The position numbers were made by a program, and so were the translations under genes. This document shows positions 10,541 to 19,424 of a stretch of 64,000 nucleotides of DNA, in pieces. The stretch spans positions 1,792,001 through 1,856,000 of the forward strand of contig OZ245033.1 in assembly GCA_965224025.1 (NCBI GenBank), written 5' to 3'. Every line of letters starts with the position of its first letter. Positions within the stretch are counted from its first letter, which is position 1. Source of the stretch: Candidatus Multivorans sp. (GTDB lineage: Bacteria; Acidobacteriota; Thermoanaerobaculia; Multivoradales; Multivoraceae). Below the pieces are notes generated by a model. That model did no database searches. It saw nothing but the letters and a program-made list of their open reading frames with translations, and was not told where the DNA came from.

Positions 10541-10645
10541 GCGCGGCAGAAACTGGGTGCGCGGGCCTTCTGGCCCGCATCCGGCGCGAAGCGCCGGTCT
10601 CTGGGAGTTCTACCGCGCCGGGGCGCATCGGCTTCTCCTGAAGAG

Positions 10646-10684
10646 GGCCTTCGGAACCCGAATCCGGGTTCCGAAGGCCTTTTT
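10646..10684 (+). terminator. Intrinsic terminator
   Basis: Perfect 15-bp stem GGCCTTCGGAACCCG/CGGGTTCCGAAGGCC followed by TTTTT, downstream of the SNF2 gene. Confidence 0.75.
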
Positions 10685-11059
10685 GCGTCTTAGTCAATGA
10701 ACGCAGCCGCTGAACCCGCGGCGCACAACTTCGACGCACAGCTCGACCCACACGTCCACAGGCCAGCCGACGACCGGCCGGCGCCGTCCCGAGAGAACGA
10801 TGACGCCTCTGAACTCCCCTCACAGCCCCCGCACACCGCTCCCGGACTCCCTCCCAAGCGAGCCGGACGCCTACACCAGCAGCGTCTTGAAACTTCGACT
10901 CGCTGAGCCTCCCACCCGGACCCTTGAAGCGCGCCTCGGGCACGCGCTCCAGATGCTCGGCGCCAGTTCAGCGCCGGTCATCTCCATGCTGCGCTTCCAG
11001 GCCCGCCCTCGCCCCTCGGCCCAGCGGCAAGCGAACCGCGGTCACCAGGGGCGCCGGCC

Positions 11060-11566
11060 ATGAACCGCCGCCGGCTCGCCATCGCGATCGTCGGTTTCGC
11101 CGTCATCGGCCCTATCGGCGCTTTGTTCTGGTTCGAGTCCAGGCTCGAAGCGAGACTGTCTCAGCGACCCGAAGTCGGTATGGTGTTCCCCGCCCTGCCG
11201 GGCCTCGCCGACGGCGAGTCCCTGCCGGCCTCTCCGGGCCGGCTTCGGGTCGTTACTTTCGCCAAGGCCGGCTGCGGCAACTGCGACCGCACGATCGCCA
11301 CGTTCCGGCGACTCGCGGTTGACGGCGAGCTCGACTTCGACCTGATCGCGGTCATCGCGGGCGCTGAAACGACCGAGCTCGACGACACGGCCACCCTGCG
11401 CCCGATCGCCGACCCGACCACTTCGATATCCAAGCGCTTCGGCGTGGTCCACGTACCGCTCGTCTTTCTGGTCGACGAGCACTCCCGGATCCGGGCCGTC
11501 ACAACCGGCGAACAGCCCGAGGCCGCCTGGCGCTCCTTTCTGGGAATCGAAACCGATGCGCTCTGA
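11060..11566 (+). CDS. Membrane-anchored thioredoxin-fold redoxin (TlpA/ResA-like)
   Basis: N-terminal RRR plus TM helix, CGNC motif, FGVVHVPLVFLVD cis-Pro strand. Confidence 0.85.
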   Translation: MNRRRLAIAIVGFAVIGPIGALFWFESRLEARLSQRPEVGMVFPALPGLADGESLPASPGRLRVVTFAKAGCGNCDRTIATFRRLAVDGELDFDLIAVIAGAETTELDDTATLRPIADPTTSISKRFGVVHVPLVFLVDEHSRIRAVTTGEQPEAAWRSFLGIETDAL

Positions 11567-11574
11567 TCCGTCTG

Positions 11575-12177
11575 ATGATGCGCTCTGATCCGTCTGATAA
11601 GGCCCGCCGTCGACGGTTGGCTGCCGCCGGGCTCATCTTCGCCACCGGCCTGATGGCGGTCGCAGTCCGCGCTGTCGGGCCCACCCTGGACCGCCTCGCC
11701 TGGGCAGCCTCCATCGACCCTTCGGCGCCGGGGCCCGGCCAGATCGTTCGACAACAAAAACGCTCCGATTGCGGCCCGGCCGCGCTCAAGATGATCCTCG
11801 ATCACCACGGCGTCGCCAGCGCCACGCTCGCCGAGCTGGAGGTCGCCACCGGCACAGGCCCGGACGGCACCAGCATGCTCGCCCTGAAGAAGACCGCCGA
11901 GCAACGCGGTCTCGCCAGCCAGGGACTCCGCCTGCCGGTTGAGCGGCTGTACGACATGCCGATGCCCGCGATCGCCCATGTCCACGGCGATCACTTCGTC
12001 GTCATTCGCAGCGCCGGCGAGGAACTGGTCATCGACGACCCGTCCCTGGGCCGCCTGCGCATGAGCACCAGGACCTTCGAACGTTCCTGGGACGGCGTCC
12101 TCCTGGCCTTCACCGGCGGTCCACCAACGTTTTCGCGGACGGAAAGAAACCCGTCCATTTCGCCCAGCAACCCTTAG
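11575..12177 (+). CDS. Stand-alone C39-family cysteine peptidase with N-terminal signal/anchor
   Basis: QQKRSDCGPAAL (Q, catalytic C), HFVVI (H), IDDPS (D), FERSWDG. No fused ABC domain. Starts RRRRLAAAGLIFATGLMAVAVRA. Confidence 0.92.
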   Translation: MMRSDPSDKARRRRLAAAGLIFATGLMAVAVRAVGPTLDRLAWAASIDPSAPGPGQIVRQQKRSDCGPAALKMILDHHGVASATLAELEVATGTGPDGTSMLALKKTAEQRGLASQGLRLPVERLYDMPMPAIAHVHGDHFVVIRSAGEELVIDDPSLGRLRMSTRTFERSWDGVLLAFTGGPPTFSRTERNPSISPSNP

Positions 12178-12318
12178 CCCCTCAAAGGGAGAACAACCAT
12201 CAACCACTCATCCAAACGCGCCGTCGGACCGATGACCGGCGCCAACTCTTCGACCGACCCGAACACCATGAACCACAACGCCCCCTTCACACACACAACA
12301 CCGAAAGGACGCCCCTCC

Positions 12319-12642
12319 ATGAAGATGCGTATCGCCCTCCTATCCGGACTTCTGACTCTCGCCGCCGGCGCCGCCCTGGCGATTCCGACGACACAGAGCG
12401 TGACGGCGGCCGACCAGGACCAGGACCAGGTCCCTACCGCCTGGGACGAACTCCTCACCCCATCCATCGTCGGCCCCACCCTCGAACCTGACGCCGTGGA
12501 ACTGGCCGTCTACGGCCCTTGCGGGTGCATTCCGATCCCTGGCTGCCCGTTCCCGATTCCTTTCCCGCGGCCATGGCCTCCGGGCGGCCCCATCTTCAAT
12601 CCGTTCCCGGTCCCGGGTCCCTGCGGCCCCTGCCCGTTCTAG
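12319..12642 (+). CDS. Secreted precursor-like peptide 1 with Pro/Cys-rich tail
   Basis: RBS GAAAGGA; signal peptide MKMRIALLSGLLTLAAGAALA; acidic linker; tail PCGCIPIPGC…GPCGPCPF. Confidence 0.75.
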   Translation: MKMRIALLSGLLTLAAGAALAIPTTQSVTAADQDQDQVPTAWDELLTPSIVGPTLEPDAVELAVYGPCGCIPIPGCPFPIPFPRPWPPGGPIFNPFPVPGPCGPCPF

Positions 12643-12693
12643 CTGCCCGTGCTCGCCCTACATTCCACAAGCACCACGAAGGACATTCACTCA

Positions 12694-13023
12694 ATGATCA
12701 GACTCGCATCGATTGTTGTCAGCCTCTCGCTTCTTGCGGGAGCTTCAGCCTCTGCCGCGCCGCTGGCGCTCGAGACTTCCACCACCACGCCCCAAACAAG
12801 TGACTTCGCTATCGAGAGCGCCTTTCCACTCGCGATGAACGAGCTGGCTCAACTGACGGGAGGCGCACCTGACTGGGTCGTGGCGGGTTGCCTCGCTGTC
12901 GGTGGCTTCGGCGGTGGGCGCGCTCTTGCACTGAGGCTGGCGAAACGCGTCGTGGTTGGCGTTGTATGCCCTTGGTGCGGGACGGCGCTGATCGTTGTCG
13001 GAATAGGCTGTCTTCTCATGTAG
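12694..13023 (+). CDS. Bacteriocin-like precursor 2 (signal peptide + double-Gly leader + hydrophobic core)
   Basis: RBS GAAGGA; signal peptide ending ASASA; LAMNELAQLTGG motif; 52-aa core with 4 Cys. Confidence 0.8.
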   Translation: MIRLASIVVSLSLLAGASASAAPLALETSTTTPQTSDFAIESAFPLAMNELAQLTGGAPDWVVAGCLAVGGFGGGRALALRLAKRVVVGVVCPWCGTALIVVGIGCLLM

Positions 13024-13108
13024 AACCGTCGCCGCAATCCGTGTGAAAGCGAATCCCTCGGTACAAAGGACCATCAGACTCAGAACAAGCTCAAGAAAGG
13101 AAGTGACC

Positions 13109-13405
13109 ATGAAGACACCGATCGTCTTCTTCGTTCTCGCCGCCGTTACTCTGGCTCCACTGACAGGGCCATTCACCGCAACAGTGCTCGACTCCGTGTC
13201 ACCCCCGCAATCGGCAGACACAATGCGGCCCATTTCTGACCAGACCGCGGAGGCAATCCGAGGTGCGCTGGCGTGGAAGTGGAAGTGCGCGATCGTCGCG
13301 GCCTCAGTAGGAGCCGGCCTGTTCGCAGCCGCTTTCGTGACCGCCGGGGGTGCCGCGATAGCTGCACCCTTCCTGCTGAACGCCGCAGCGTTCTGCCTCA
13401 TCTGA
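13109..13405 (+). CDS. Bacteriocin-like precursor 3 (signal peptide + GA-type leader + hydrophobic core)
   Basis: RBS GAAAGGA; hydrophobic N-terminus; ISDQTAEAIRGA motif; 45-aa Ala/Gly-rich core with 2 Cys. Confidence 0.78.
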   Translation: MKTPIVFFVLAAVTLAPLTGPFTATVLDSVSPPQSADTMRPISDQTAEAIRGALAWKWKCAIVAASVGAGLFAAAFVTAGGAAIAAPFLLNAAAFCLI

Positions 13406-13520
13406 ACGAACGGGACGCGTGCTAGCTCCGTGAACACTCGGCGATGGTCCGAGCGACCATCTCCTCCAACCGGGTAGTCTGCACCAGACCCGTACAAGCC
13501 GCACAAACCAGGGAGGCGCG

Positions 13521-15143
13521 ATGGCGACAACAGGAACAACAATGACCTCGATCCGTAGCATCCGGGCTCTGGCCGGGACCTATTGGACCGTCCACACCCG
13601 GGCGCTGCGGACGGACCGGTCGATGGTTCTCCTGATCTTGATGGCTCTGCCGAGCACCGCCGTCGCGCTCTTCCTCTCCGTCTTCTTGCCGCATCTGATC
13701 TTCGGCGTGGAAGACCCCGCGCTGCGCGGCGGACTGCTCACCGTCGCGCTTTCTCTGGTGGCCGCAATCTGGCTCTTCGTGCAGGTCTTCAGCCAGCAGT
13801 CCATCAGTTGGCTGCTCGATATCCGGCCGCTCATCACGCTTCCGTTCGGGTTCGGCACGCTCTATCGACTACGCCTCGCCGGCTATCTGGCCGGTGCGTG
13901 GCTGCTGGCTCTTGGCCTGGCCGGGCCGTACTTTGCCGTCGTCCGGTCAACCAGCGTGGTCGGCTTTGCCGCGTTGACCGCAGGCATCTGCCTGGCAGTG
14001 GTGATTCAGGGCCAGATCGTGTCCATCGTGTCGTGGCAACGGGACCGGCTGGTCGAGGGAATCATGGGCTCCCTGGTCGTGCTCGTCGTCATCTGCGCGA
14101 TGTACTACGGACTCTACTGGGGGGTTCTACTGAAGGCAGGCGAGATCCGTGGCGACGACATCCTGGGATGGGTGCGGAACTCCACCCTGGTCCGAGCCGC
14201 CGCCTGGACGCCGGCCGGATTGCTGGCCGGCATGCTGAACGACCCCGGCGGCTGGTGGGAGAACGGAATTCGCGTCCTGGGTTTGTGTACTTATGCCGTC
14301 CTCATCGGTATCTGCGACCGGGAGTTGCTGCGCAGATCGGGATTCGGCCCCGCCCCGAGTACACCCCGCGTCAAGCATCCCACCCTGCCGTTGCCGACAC
14401 TGCTGCGCCGGTGGCCCGCCTTGTCGCCGGGAGGCGTCCTGACATTGATCGAGATCGAATGCGGCGCCAGGGACCGTGGCCTCCGCTGGTCAATGATCAT
14501 CGCCCTCGCCCTTTTCCTCTTTCTCACAGTCGTCATCGGAACTCCGGTAGTCGCCGTCGTTGGTTCCCTGACGCTTGCATGCACGTTGCTGACATCCCAC
14601 CGTGCCGGGCGCCTCTTGCCCACCTGTCGTCTCTGGTCCGAGTCGTTCGCCCTCCCCGTTACCCTCATCGGGGCTCTACGTGCCATGGGCCAGGCCTCCA
14701 GCCTCGTCGCGATCGGTTTCGCTTGCGCAGCCCTCGCGGCATCCTTCGTTCGCTTCGGCTGGTTCGGCTGGCTCCACGTCGGCTATATCGTCCTCCATTC
14801 TTCCGCCGCGATCTTCTTTGCCGACGCGGCCTACGGGTGGTTCGACGCGCGCTGGCAGGCACCTGTCGGAACAGAGGGAACGGACCATCGCGCAGGGAAG
14901 ATCCTGGCCCAAAACATGTTGGGGCTTAGTCTCCTTCTCCCCTTTGTCCTCGTCCTCTTTCTCTTTACGGTCAATGAAGGAACTCCGGGGCGTCTGGCGC
15001 TCAGCATCCTCCTTTCGATCTACGTCGTCCTCGCCGTCACGGCAGGGTTGGCCTTCCGGGCATCGCAACGCCGTTTGGTCGCTTCCAAGGGCCTCGACGC
15101 GCTCCTGGTGCGGAACTCCACGGTGTCAGATTGTCCCAGTTGA
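13521..15143 (+). CDS. Multi-TM putative ABC exporter permease
   Basis: 540 aa with about 12 hydrophobic helices; LLDIRPLITLPFGFGTLYRLRL and AAWTPAGL motifs; ABC ATPase downstream. Confidence 0.7.
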   Translation: MATTGTTMTSIRSIRALAGTYWTVHTRALRTDRSMVLLILMALPSTAVALFLSVFLPHLIFGVEDPALRGGLLTVALSLVAAIWLFVQVFSQQSISWLLDIRPLITLPFGFGTLYRLRLAGYLAGAWLLALGLAGPYFAVVRSTSVVGFAALTAGICLAVVIQGQIVSIVSWQRDRLVEGIMGSLVVLVVICAMYYGLYWGVLLKAGEIRGDDILGWVRNSTLVRAAAWTPAGLLAGMLNDPGGWWENGIRVLGLCTYAVLIGICDRELLRRSGFGPAPSTPRVKHPTLPLPTLLRRWPALSPGGVLTLIEIECGARDRGLRWSMIIALALFLFLTVVIGTPVVAVVGSLTLACTLLTSHRAGRLLPTCRLWSESFALPVTLIGALRAMGQASSLVAIGFACAALAASFVRFGWFGWLHVGYIVLHSSAAIFFADAAYGWFDARWQAPVGTEGTDHRAGKILAQNMLGLSLLLPFVLVLFLFTVNEGTPGRLALSILLSIYVVLAVTAGLAFRASQRRLVASKGLDALLVRNSTVSDCPS

Positions 15144-15204
15144 ACCGCTGCAACGCCAAGCTGGTTCACTCACCCAAGAGGAGCGGGCCAGAATGTGCAA
15201 GTAC

Positions 15205-15395
15205 GTTTGACGGGCGCCATACGGGCGGGGTAGCGTCCGTCTGTTGGTCGTCAGAGGCGCAGTGGGCCTGCGAGCCGGACCCCCTGCCAGACCTAGCCGT
15301 CGCCCCTGGGCTTAGGGTCGCTCCCTTCGTCAGGCGAGTCTGCGGGGGGTCTCGTTTGCCCTGTGCAGTGCGGCCGATTCGGCCCGCCACCAGTC
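15205..15395 (+). promoter_or_regulatory. Sigma70-like promoter plus conserved leader, copy 1
   Basis: TTGACG-N18-TAGCGT followed by GTTGGTCGTCAG…GTGGGCCTGCGAGCCGG..CCCCTGC; homologous to 18489-18680. Confidence 0.5.
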
Positions 15396-15448
15396 CAGGT
15401 GCCGGCCCACCTTCCCCCAAAGCCGGCTAGAGCGACTCCAAGGACTCG

Positions 15449-16727
15449 ATGGCGACCTTCACGAACCCGAGCAGCCGGGCGGACCTGCTGCTGACCCTTG
15501 CGCGGCTGTCGTTCCCGGACGCCGTACGGCGGGCCAACCAGCCCGTGGCGGTGGCGATCCTGATCGCCGTTCTGTTTCTGGTGTTCGCGACCGTCGCCAC
15601 ATTCGGCCTTCTGCCCGTTCTGTTCACCCTAGAGAGCGACGCCCTGCAGCGCAATCTGCTGAACCTGATGGCCTGCTCCGCTACGGCGTTCGGGCTGCTC
15701 GCCCAGGTGGCACTCCGAGCACCGACCACGTGGCTGCTCGATCTGGACGACCTGCTGCGGCTGCCGGTGGGTTTCCGAGACCTGTACGGTCTCCGTTTCG
15801 CTCTGAGTACGATGGGGTACTGGCTCCTTGTTCTCGGTCCCGCAGGCGCCTATCTCACGGTCATGAGGTCGGGAGGGATCGCCGGAGTACCCGTCACGTT
15901 GCTGGGCATCGTGAGCCTGGTCTGGATCTTCGGCCGTGTGGTTGCGGTCTTGTCGCTCTTCGCCGACCGTTGGGTCGAAAGTGCGCTCACCATACTGGCC
16001 ATGATGATGATCATGGCGCTCTGCCAGTTTGCGATCCTCGTCGGCGTAATGGCCTTCGGAGGAGAGCTCGATTCCGAAGGGGTCGCTCGGGCAATCGAAG
16101 GTTCTTCAGCTCTCGGCGGCCTCGGCTACACGCCGCCGGGACTTGTCGCCGGAATCGTCCACGAACCGGGCTGGTCGGCGTCGAATCTGGCGAGACTCGG
16201 AAGTCTGTTTGCCGCTCTCGGCGTCTTGATCGTGCTGGAGAACCGGCTCCTTCTTCGCAGCTACCTCGATCATCCCGGTGGTGACCGCCGCGCCGCTTCT
16301 GGAGTACTGCCTCTGGCGCGGATGCTCCGCGGGTCGCGCCGCCTCAGTTCCTTGGGCGTTCTCACGGTGCTCGAGACGGAATGCCTGTTGCGTGCCCAAG
16401 AGGATACCGGCGACCATCAGGCAGGACGCGACGAGGAAGAACGGCCAGCCGAACCAGTCGAGCGGCGCGAAGTTCGGGGCCTCCCTTCTGGTTCCGCAGC
16501 TGGCCCTTGGCCCAGCCTTCCTCACCTTCCTTCTGTACGTGCTCTACGACGGGCAGCGCGTCAGCCCACTCACTGCCGGCCTCATCGCCGCCGCGGTCCT
16601 CCTCCTCGCTGCCGTTGCCGCATACGCCTCGCCCCGGCGGCAGGAACGCGTGCTCAAGGCGCGCGGACGCGAACTCCTGCTCGAAGACCCCGCCGAAGAC
16701 CCTCCGAAGCTACCGAGCCCCTCCTGA
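15449..16727 (+). pseudogene. Second permease paralogue with internal deletion/frameshift at ~16395
   Basis: Aligns with 13521-15143 (LLDLDDLLRLPVGFRDLYGLRF; LGYTPPGL; VLTVLETEC). The C-terminus is in another frame and roughly 120 aa are missing relative to the paralogue. Confidence 0.7.
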
Positions 16728-16758
16728 CCACTCACAACCACGAGGAACTCCGAAACTC

Positions 16759-17547
16759 ATGGAAGCAATCAAGGCAGACAACCTGACTCGGTCCTTCGGC
16801 GGCAACGTCGTCGTCGACAGCGTGGATCTCGACGTCCAGGAGGGTCAGATCCTGGGGTTCGTCGGTCCCAACGGGGCGGGCAAGACGACGACCTGGTCGA
16901 TGCTGACCGGGCTGCTCAAGCCCACGAGCGGCACGGTCCGCCTGCTGGGCAAACCGGTCGACGTGAACGACACGGAGCTCAAGCAGCAGCTCGGCATCGT
17001 GCCGGACCAGAGCATCCTCTTCGAGAGCTTGACCGGAGAGGAGTTGCTGCTGTCGTACGCCCGCATCTACGGCCTGAGCCGCGAAGACGCCGGGCAACGA
17101 ACAGACGAGGCGCTCGCCGTTTTCGACCTCGAGGAGGCCGCCAAGCGACCGATCACCACCTACTCCCACGGTATGAGAAAGAAGATTCGCCTCGCTGCGG
17201 CGACCCTGCACGCGCCGCGAGTTCTGTTTCTCGACGAGCCGTTCGAGGGCATGGACGCCCTCAGCGCGCGCACCGTCATGTCGATCCTGCAGCAGATGGC
17301 CGAGCAGGACGGCGTCGCCGTGTTCCTGACGTCCCACATGCTCGACTACGTCGAACGCGTGTCGAGCCATATCGCCGTCATCCGGGACGGCAAGGTGCTC
17401 CTGTCCTGCTCCCGGGAGGAGTTCCGCGAGCTGCCCGACGCCGAGGGAGAAGACGGCGCCGGTCGGCTCGAGAACCTCATTCTCAGTATCTCCAGACGCG
17501 AGAGGTTCTCCCGCCTCTCGTGGATCGGCAACAGGAGCAAGACATGA
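16759..17547 (+). CDS. ABC transporter ATP-binding protein (ABC-2 type)
   Basis: GPNGAGKTT Walker A, YSHGMRKK signature variant, LFLDEPFEGMD Walker B, TSH switch. Confidence 0.95.
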   Translation: MEAIKADNLTRSFGGNVVVDSVDLDVQEGQILGFVGPNGAGKTTTWSMLTGLLKPTSGTVRLLGKPVDVNDTELKQQLGIVPDQSILFESLTGEELLLSYARIYGLSREDAGQRTDEALAVFDLEEAAKRPITTYSHGMRKKIRLAAATLHAPRVLFLDEPFEGMDALSARTVMSILQQMAEQDGVAVFLTSHMLDYVERVSSHIAVIRDGKVLLSCSREEFRELPDAEGEDGAGRLENLILSISRRERFSRLSWIGNRSKT

Positions 17548-18323
17548 CCGAGCCTTTCCAAGACACCGACGGCCTGCGCCGGACCGGGCCGACCGGAGAC
17601 CAGCCGCAGGACCGCGGAGGTTGGCCTAGCGCCTTGATCGGGATCGTCACCTCGCCGCGAACGAGCTTCGAGATCGTGCGCCGGAGGGCACCCTGCCTCG
17701 GTGTTGTCGTCCTCCTCCAGGCCAGCGCCGTCTGCCTTGCACTGCTGTCGTCATCGTTCGGCCTCCAGGTGCGGCGTGCCCAACTCACTGAGATGATGCC
17801 GGGACAGCCGGACCAGGTCGAAGCCTTGATGGCCCAGGCGGAGCAGTCGATGGCTGTGACGCGATCGATCGCGGCCGGCGGCGCCGCTCTCCTGACGGCT
17901 ATCGTCTTGCTCGTGCAGGCCGTGTTCGTCTGGCTCCTGGCGATTGCGTTCCAGGGCCGCCCGCGGTTCGGACAAGCCCTCTCGCTGATGGCGCACGTCG
18001 GCGTGATCGCCCTCCTCAGGAACTGGGCCAACTTTGGCCTCCTCCACTTTCGGGACCTGAGTGCGATCCGATCGCCGCGGGACCTGCAGGTCCCAATGGG
18101 AATCGACCTCTTCCTGGCAGGAGACAGTGCCGCGCTCAACGCGGTCTGGGCAAGCATCAACCCGTTCACGATCTGGCTCCTCGCACTGCTTGGCCTGGGC
18201 GCCGCGGCGGTCCTCGGTCTGTCGCAAAGGCAGGGTTTCACGCTCGCCGGCATCTACTGGGCGGCGACGACCACGCTCTCCGCGGCAGCGGCAGGCGTGG
18301 CTAGCCGCCTCACGCCCGGGTAG
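17544..18323 (+). CDS. Yip1-domain membrane protein
   Basis: IVTSPRTSFEIV…, about 5 TMs, INPFTIW motif; ATGA overlap with the ATPase stop. Confidence 0.85.
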   Translation: MTEPFQDTDGLRRTGPTGDQPQDRGGWPSALIGIVTSPRTSFEIVRRRAPCLGVVVLLQASAVCLALLSSSFGLQVRRAQLTEMMPGQPDQVEALMAQAEQSMAVTRSIAAGGAALLTAIVLLVQAVFVWLLAIAFQGRPRFGQALSLMAHVGVIALLRNWANFGLLHFRDLSAIRSPRDLQVPMGIDLFLAGDSAALNAVWASINPFTIWLLALLGLGAAAVLGLSQRQGFTLAGIYWAATTTLSAAAAGVASRLTPG

Positions 18324-18488
18324 CCGCCTCGCCTCCGGCGATCGCCGGGGACGAGCCGAAACCCGCCGGTCACCGCCATCCAGCGCCGGGGCGCGCCCCA
18401 GGGGCTGGATCGCGGGTGGGCCCGTGCCAGCTCGAAGGAACACGACCCTTCCTGGACGGCCGGCCCGATCGGCCTGCGGCAGACCGCT

Positions 18489-18680
18489 CGTTTGACGCTT
18501 ACAGACCGACGCGGTAACTTCGCTTGGTTGGTCGTCAGCAGCGTAGTGGGCCTGCGAGCCGGGTCCCCTGCTGAATAGAAAAGCCGATTCAAGGTGCAGG
18601 GTCGCTCCCGGCGCTCGGCAAATAGGCAGGCGTACGTGCCCACTGTGCATGGCGACCAACAAGGCCCGGCGCCATCTCTG
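18489..18680 (+). promoter_or_regulatory. Sigma70-like promoter plus conserved leader, copy 2
   Basis: TTGACG-N17-TAACTT followed by GTTGGTCGTCAG…GTGGGCCTGCGAGCCGG..CCCCTGC…AGGGTCGCTCCC. Confidence 0.5.
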
Positions 18681-18798
18681 CCCCGAGGCCCGCACCTCCA
18701 CAGGGCAGGCGCAGGGCAACGAGCCCGAAAGCGGCCCAAGTCGGTGCTGCTGGTACAAGGGGATCTCCCATCAGGTGCAGTCAAGGAGGAGAGACACG

Positions 18799-19417
18799 AT
18801 GCAGCGCATACTTCGTACAGGCGCCGCGGCGGCAGCCGCAATCGTCTTGCTCGCGGCGCCGGCCGCGACAGCCGCCGAGGACGACGCGACCCCGCGCACG
18901 GCCTCGGGGCGCCCTGACTTCACCGCCAACTACGATGTCGCGACGCTCACGCCGCTCAACCGCCCGGCTGAGTTCGGCGCCAACCTCTTCCTGGCGCCGG
19001 AGCAGGCGAACGAGATCGTGGAGAGGGAGCGTCAACGGGTCGCTTCCCGCGCAGCCAAGCGGCGAATCACCGAACCGCCACCACCGGGCGGCGCGCCGCC
19101 GATCGGCCTCGGCGACGAGTTCCGCGAGACCAGCGGCGCCGGCAACGTCGGCGGCTACAACAACTTCTGGACCGACCGCGGCAGCGACGTGTTTTCCATC
19201 GACGGCAAGTCAGGGCAAGGACCTCCTGTACGGTTTCACGGTCGAGGACCCCACGGTCTGGACCGCGCCCTGGAGCGGCGAGTACCTGTGGCCGGGAACG
19301 GAAACCAAGGTCTACGAATACGCCTGCCACGAAGGCAACTACGCCATGGGCGGCATCCTCGAGGGGGCGCGCCTGCTGGAAGACGAGAAGAGGACCGCCG
19401 CCTCCGGCGGCGAGTAG
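18799..19417 (+). pseudogene. Secreted hypothetical protein (PRTxxGxPD…YEYACHEGNY family), internally deleted
   Basis: The N-terminal half joins at ~19205, out of frame, to FTVEDPTVWTAPW…YEYACHEGNY; related to 19894-20715. Confidence 0.65.
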
Positions 19418-19424
19418 GCCGGCG

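Noticed and set aside
10697-11063. Small ORFs upstream of the redoxin as extra precursors
   Set aside because: They have no convincing RBS, signal peptide or leader motif; this is probably the promoter region.
11060-18323. Lanthipeptide, sactipeptide or canonical circular-bacteriocin assignment
   Set aside because: No LanB/C/M, radical-SAM or recognisable SpoIIM/DUF95 gene is present, and the precursors carry Sec-type signals.
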